Source: a virus
Lineage: Duplodnaviria; Heunggongvirae; Uroviricota; Caudoviricetes
DNA: 9,500 nucleotides
IMG/VR virus record: IMGVR_UViG_2648501498_000020
Direction: 5' to 3' (one strand)
Shown here: one piece after another, positions 6,067 through 9,500 of the stretch
How positions within the stretch are numbered: the first letter of the stretch is position 1
Layout: the number at the start of each line of letters is the position of its first letter
Notes under the pieces: generated by a model
Database searches by the model: none
What the model saw: only the letters and a program-made list of their open reading frames with translations
Told to the model about the DNA's origin: nothing
Position numbers and translations under genes: made by a program

Positions 6067-7437
6067 ATGAGCGAAGCGGAGTTTTCCGCCATGAGTACCA
6101 GCGAAAAGGCCATGCGTATCTATGAGCATTACGGCGAGGCGCTCGCGGTCGATGCCAACGGCCAGCTTCTGTCCCGCTATGAAAATGGTGTCTGGAAGGT
6201 GCTGCCGCCACAGGACTTTGCCCGGGATGTGGCCGGGCTGTTTCAGCGTCTGCGCGCGCCGTTCTCCTCCGGGAAGGTGGCCTCCGTGGTGGACACCCTG
6301 AAGCTGATTATTCCGCAGCAGGAAGCCCCCTCCCGCCGCCTGATTGGCTTTCGTAACGGCGTGCTCGACACGCAGAGCGGCACGTTCCACCCGCACAGTC
6401 CGTCACACTGGATGCGCACCCTGTGCGATGTGGATTTCACCCCACCGGTGGAAGGGGAAACGCTGGAAACCCACGCCCCCGCGTTCTGGCGCTGGCTTGA
6501 CCGTGCCGCCGGTGGCCGTGCGGAAAAACGCGACGTGATTCTGGCCGCACTGTTTATGGTGCTGGCAAACCGCTACGACTGGCAGCTCTTTCTGGAGGTG
6601 ACCGGTCCCGGCGGCAGCGGCAAAAGTATCATGGCCGAAATAGCCACCCTGCTGGCCGGGGAGGATAACGCCACGTCGGCCACCATCGAGACGCTGGAAT
6701 CCCCGCGTGAACGTGCCGCGTTAACTGGCTTCTCACTGATACGCCTGCCGGACCAGGAAAAATGGAGCGGCGACGGAGCCGGACTCAAGGCCATCACCGG
6801 CGGCGATGCGGTGTCCGTTGACCCGAAATACCGGGATGCGTACTCCACGCACATCCCGGCGGTGATTCTGGCCGTGAACAATAACCCGATGCGCTTCACC
6901 GACCGCAGCGGCGGCGTGTCACGCCGGCGGGTGATTATTCACTTCCCGGAACAGATAGCCCCGCAGGAGCGCGACCCGCAGCTTAAGGACAAAATCACCC
7001 GCGAGCTGGCGGTCATCGTGCGTCACCTGATGCAGAAATTCAGCGACCCGATGCTCGCCCGGTCACTGCTTCAGTCCCAGCAGAACTCAGACGAGGCGCT
7101 GAACATCAAACGGGATGCCGACCCGACGTTTGATTTTATCGGCTATCTGGAAACCCTGCCGCAGACCAGCGGCATGTATATGGGGAACGCCAGTATCATC
7201 CCGCGTAATTACCGTAAATACCTCTATCACGCCTATCTGGCCTACATGGAGGCAAACGGCTACCGGAATGTACTCAGTCTGAAAATGTTCGGGCTGGGGC
7301 TACCGGTGATGCTGAAGGAATACGGACTGAATTACGAGAAGCGCCATACCAAACAGGGGATACAGACCAACCTGACACTGAAAGAGGAAAGCTACGGCGA
7401 CTGGCTGCCAAAATGTGACGACCCTGCGACAACCTGA
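6067..7437 (+). CDS. alpha: Alpha C-terminal fragment: D5/SF3-type helicase (Walker A GPGGSGKS) plus C-terminal DNA-binding region
   Basis: Same reading frame as 5104..5976; 30 stop-free sense codons lie between the TGA and the ATG at 6067. Walker A GPGGSGKS, Walker-B-like VILAVNN. No convincing SD before 6067. Confidence 0.8.
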   Translation: MSEAEFSAMSTSEKAMRIYEHYGEALAVDANGQLLSRYENGVWKVLPPQDFARDVAGLFQRLRAPFSSGKVASVVDTLKLIIPQQEAPSRRLIGFRNGVLDTQSGTFHPHSPSHWMRTLCDVDFTPPVEGETLETHAPAFWRWLDRAAGGRAEKRDVILAALFMVLANRYDWQLFLEVTGPGGSGKSIMAEIATLLAGEDNATSATIETLESPRERAALTGFSLIRLPDQEKWSGDGAGLKAITGGDAVSVDPKYRDAYSTHIPAVILAVNNNPMRFTDRSGGVSRRRVIIHFPEQIAPQERDPQLKDKITRELAVIVRHLMQKFSDPMLARSLLQSQQNSDEALNIKRDADPTFDFIGYLETLPQTSGMYMGNASIIPRNYRKYLYHAYLAYMEANGYRNVLSLKMFGLGLPVMLKEYGLNYEKRHTKQGIQTNLTLKEESYGDWLPKCDDPATT

Positions 7438-7453
7438 CCATCATGACTCATCT

Positions 7454-7478
7454 GACCGGCATCTGCCGGTCTTTTTTT
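7454..7478 (+). terminator. intrinsic terminator downstream of alpha
   Basis: GACCGGC-ATCT-GCCGGTC hairpin followed by TTTTTTT, 17 nt after the alpha stop. Confidence 0.7.
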
Positions 7479-7493
7479 ATCCCGACATCCCCC

Positions 7494-7796
7494 GAAGGTG
7501 AACAATCTACTGTTCACCCTTCACCGTATATTCACCCGTTATCACACTGAAATTAAAAGAGAAAAACGAAAGGTGAACAGTGTGAACAATCAAATCAAAA
7601 AAAACTTTTTTCTCCCTGTGTGATTTTCAGTACGGGGGATTAATCACCGGTATGAGTCACACCAGCAGAATGCCGGAGGTGAAGAATCGAATGTTCACCC
7701 TTCACCCATTATTCACCACCTATCATACTGAAATAAAAGGAGAAAAAAGAAAGGTGAACAGTGTGAACAGTTCTTTCGAAAAAAAATTTTTTTCCT
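7494..7796. repeat. crr (cis replication region): two ~120-bp direct repeats about 181 bp apart, each with TGTTCACC / GGTGAACA iterons
   Basis: Repeat 1 about 7494-7615, repeat 2 about 7675-7796 (GAAGGTGAACAATCTACTGTTCACCCTTCACC... vs GGAGGTGAAGAATCGAATGTTCACCCTTCACC...; both end AAAGGTGAACAGTGTGAACA + A/T run). Matches my recollection of P4 crr as two 120-bp direct repeats separated by 60 bp. Confidence 0.75.
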
Positions 7797-7939
7797 GTAC
7801 GATATAGCATCAATCCAAGTAAAAATGCGCTTTAATTTCACATTAACTTACAGCCATTGGTATACAATTAGGTATACGCACAAAAACTGAATTAAACAAA
7901 ATCGTTAAAAATCAAAGCAATATAATATTTATTCAAACT

Positions 7940-7962
7940 CCGCCAGCCCACCAAAATTCTCC
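7940..7962 (+). other. possible att core: CCA-terminated motif resembling the 3' end of a tRNA/tmRNA
   Basis: ATTCAAACTCCGCCAGCCCACCA has a TTCAAA T-loop-like segment, an acceptor-like segment and a terminal CCA, about 210 bp upstream of the int start. No full tRNA can be folded: upstream sequence is AT-rich. Speculative. Confidence 0.25.
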
Positions 7963-7999
7963 ATCGGTGATTACCAGAGTCATCCGATGAAGTCCTAAG

Positions 8000-8047
8000 A
8001 GCCCGCACGGCGCAAGCCCGCACGGCGCAAGCCCTGCGGGCTTTTTT
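8000..8047 (+). terminator. tandem 15-bp repeat (AGCCCGCACGGCGCA x2) forming a GC-rich hairpin followed by TTTTTT
   Basis: Two exact tandem copies at 8000-8014 and 8015-8029; stem GCCCGCA (8016-8022) / TGCGGGC (8035-8041) then T-run 8042-8047. On the plus strand, between the CCA motif and int. Confidence 0.45.
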
Positions 8048-8101
8048 GTGCCTTGAATTTGTCCCGCGAAGTCTGATGCCAACTAATTAAATCCGAACCT
8101 T

Positions 8102-8154
8102 TTAGGCACCTTGTTAGGCACCTCATAAAGCTTTATTGTTTTTGAGGTGCCTAA
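8102..8154. promoter_or_regulatory. three copies of 10-mer TTAGGCACCT (two direct, one inverted) upstream of int: candidate Int arm-type / autoregulatory sites
   Basis: TTAGGCACCT at 8102-8111 and 8114-8123; exact reverse complement AGGTGCCTAA at 8145-8154, ending 19 bp before the int ATG (8173). Confidence 0.45.
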
Positions 8155-8172
8155 AACTATGGAAACCCGGCA

Positions 8173-8229
8173 ATGGCAAGACAAACCAAACCTCTATCCG
8201 TTAAAGAAATCGAATCTGCTAAACCCAAG
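8173..8229 (+). pseudogene. int: tyrosine integrase (P4/CP4-57-like), N-terminal ~19 codons only, interrupted by IS insertion
   Basis: MARQTKPLSVKEIESAKPK resembles the conserved N-terminus of P4-family integrases. After codon 19 the frame reads [22 protein letters not shown], which belongs to the IS terminus. Junction placed at about 8229/8230 where the IS-like TGT begins; exact base uncertain. Confidence 0.6.

Positions 8230-9500
<1,271 letters not shown>

Larger units (their letters stand above)
5104..7437 (+). pseudogene. alpha: alpha primase-helicase gene with a single in-frame opal codon (TGA 5974-5976)
   Basis: 5104..7437 is 2334 nt = 777 sense codons + stop, the length I recall for P4 Alpha, apart from one TGA at codon 291 in the context GGT GAC TGA AAT GAT. 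Confidence 0.55.

Noticed and set aside
5062-6899. Minus-strand ORFs 5062..5553, 5129..5599, 5635..6396, 5987..6211, 6243..6440, 6573..6899 and plus-strand 5837..6070, 6344..6538
   Set aside because: All lie inside the alpha gene in wrong frames or antisense; Arg/Gly/Pro-rich products typical of GC-rich non-coding frames.
7930-7962. A complete tRNA gene ending at the CCA at 7960-7962
   Set aside because: Upstream sequence is AT-rich and cannot form D or anticodon arms or a T-stem; at most a 3'-terminal tRNA-like fragment.
8159-8173. Alternative int start at ATG 8159
   Set aside because: Different frame, gives a 27-codon peptide with no integrase-like sequence; ATG 8173 yields the recognisable MARQTKPL... 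N-terminus.

Overview
The window reads as a nearly complete P4-type satellite phage (phage-plasmid) genome in its unintegrated, contiguous order. No database search was run: protein calls rest on my own recognition of the translated ORFs, and the P4 product lengths I compare against (Psu 190, Delta 166, Sid 244, Vis 88, Epsilon 95, orf151, orf106, Alpha 777 aa) are recalled, not looked up. Left to right: the start of an AT-rich accessory gene on the minus strand (1-345); an exact P2/P4-type 19-nt cos sequence (431-449); the late operon psu-delta-sid on the minus strand (613-2490); an ori-like cluster of six TGTTCACC iterons (2660-2763); then on the plus strand vis, a PLE-like promoter, an immunity leader (seqA, cI RNA carrying seqB, seqC), kil, epsilon, orf151, orf106 and alpha (primase-helicase, interrupted by one in-frame TGA); an intrinsic terminator; crr (two ~120-bp direct repeats with the same iterons); an att-like region; and the first ~19 codons of a tyrosine integrase cut by an IS21-family insertion (istB with an in-frame TAG, istA running off the right edge). 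The most likely novel item is the unrecognised AT-rich gene next to cos, in the position where P4-like satellites carry variable anti-phage cargo; most of that locus lies outside the window.
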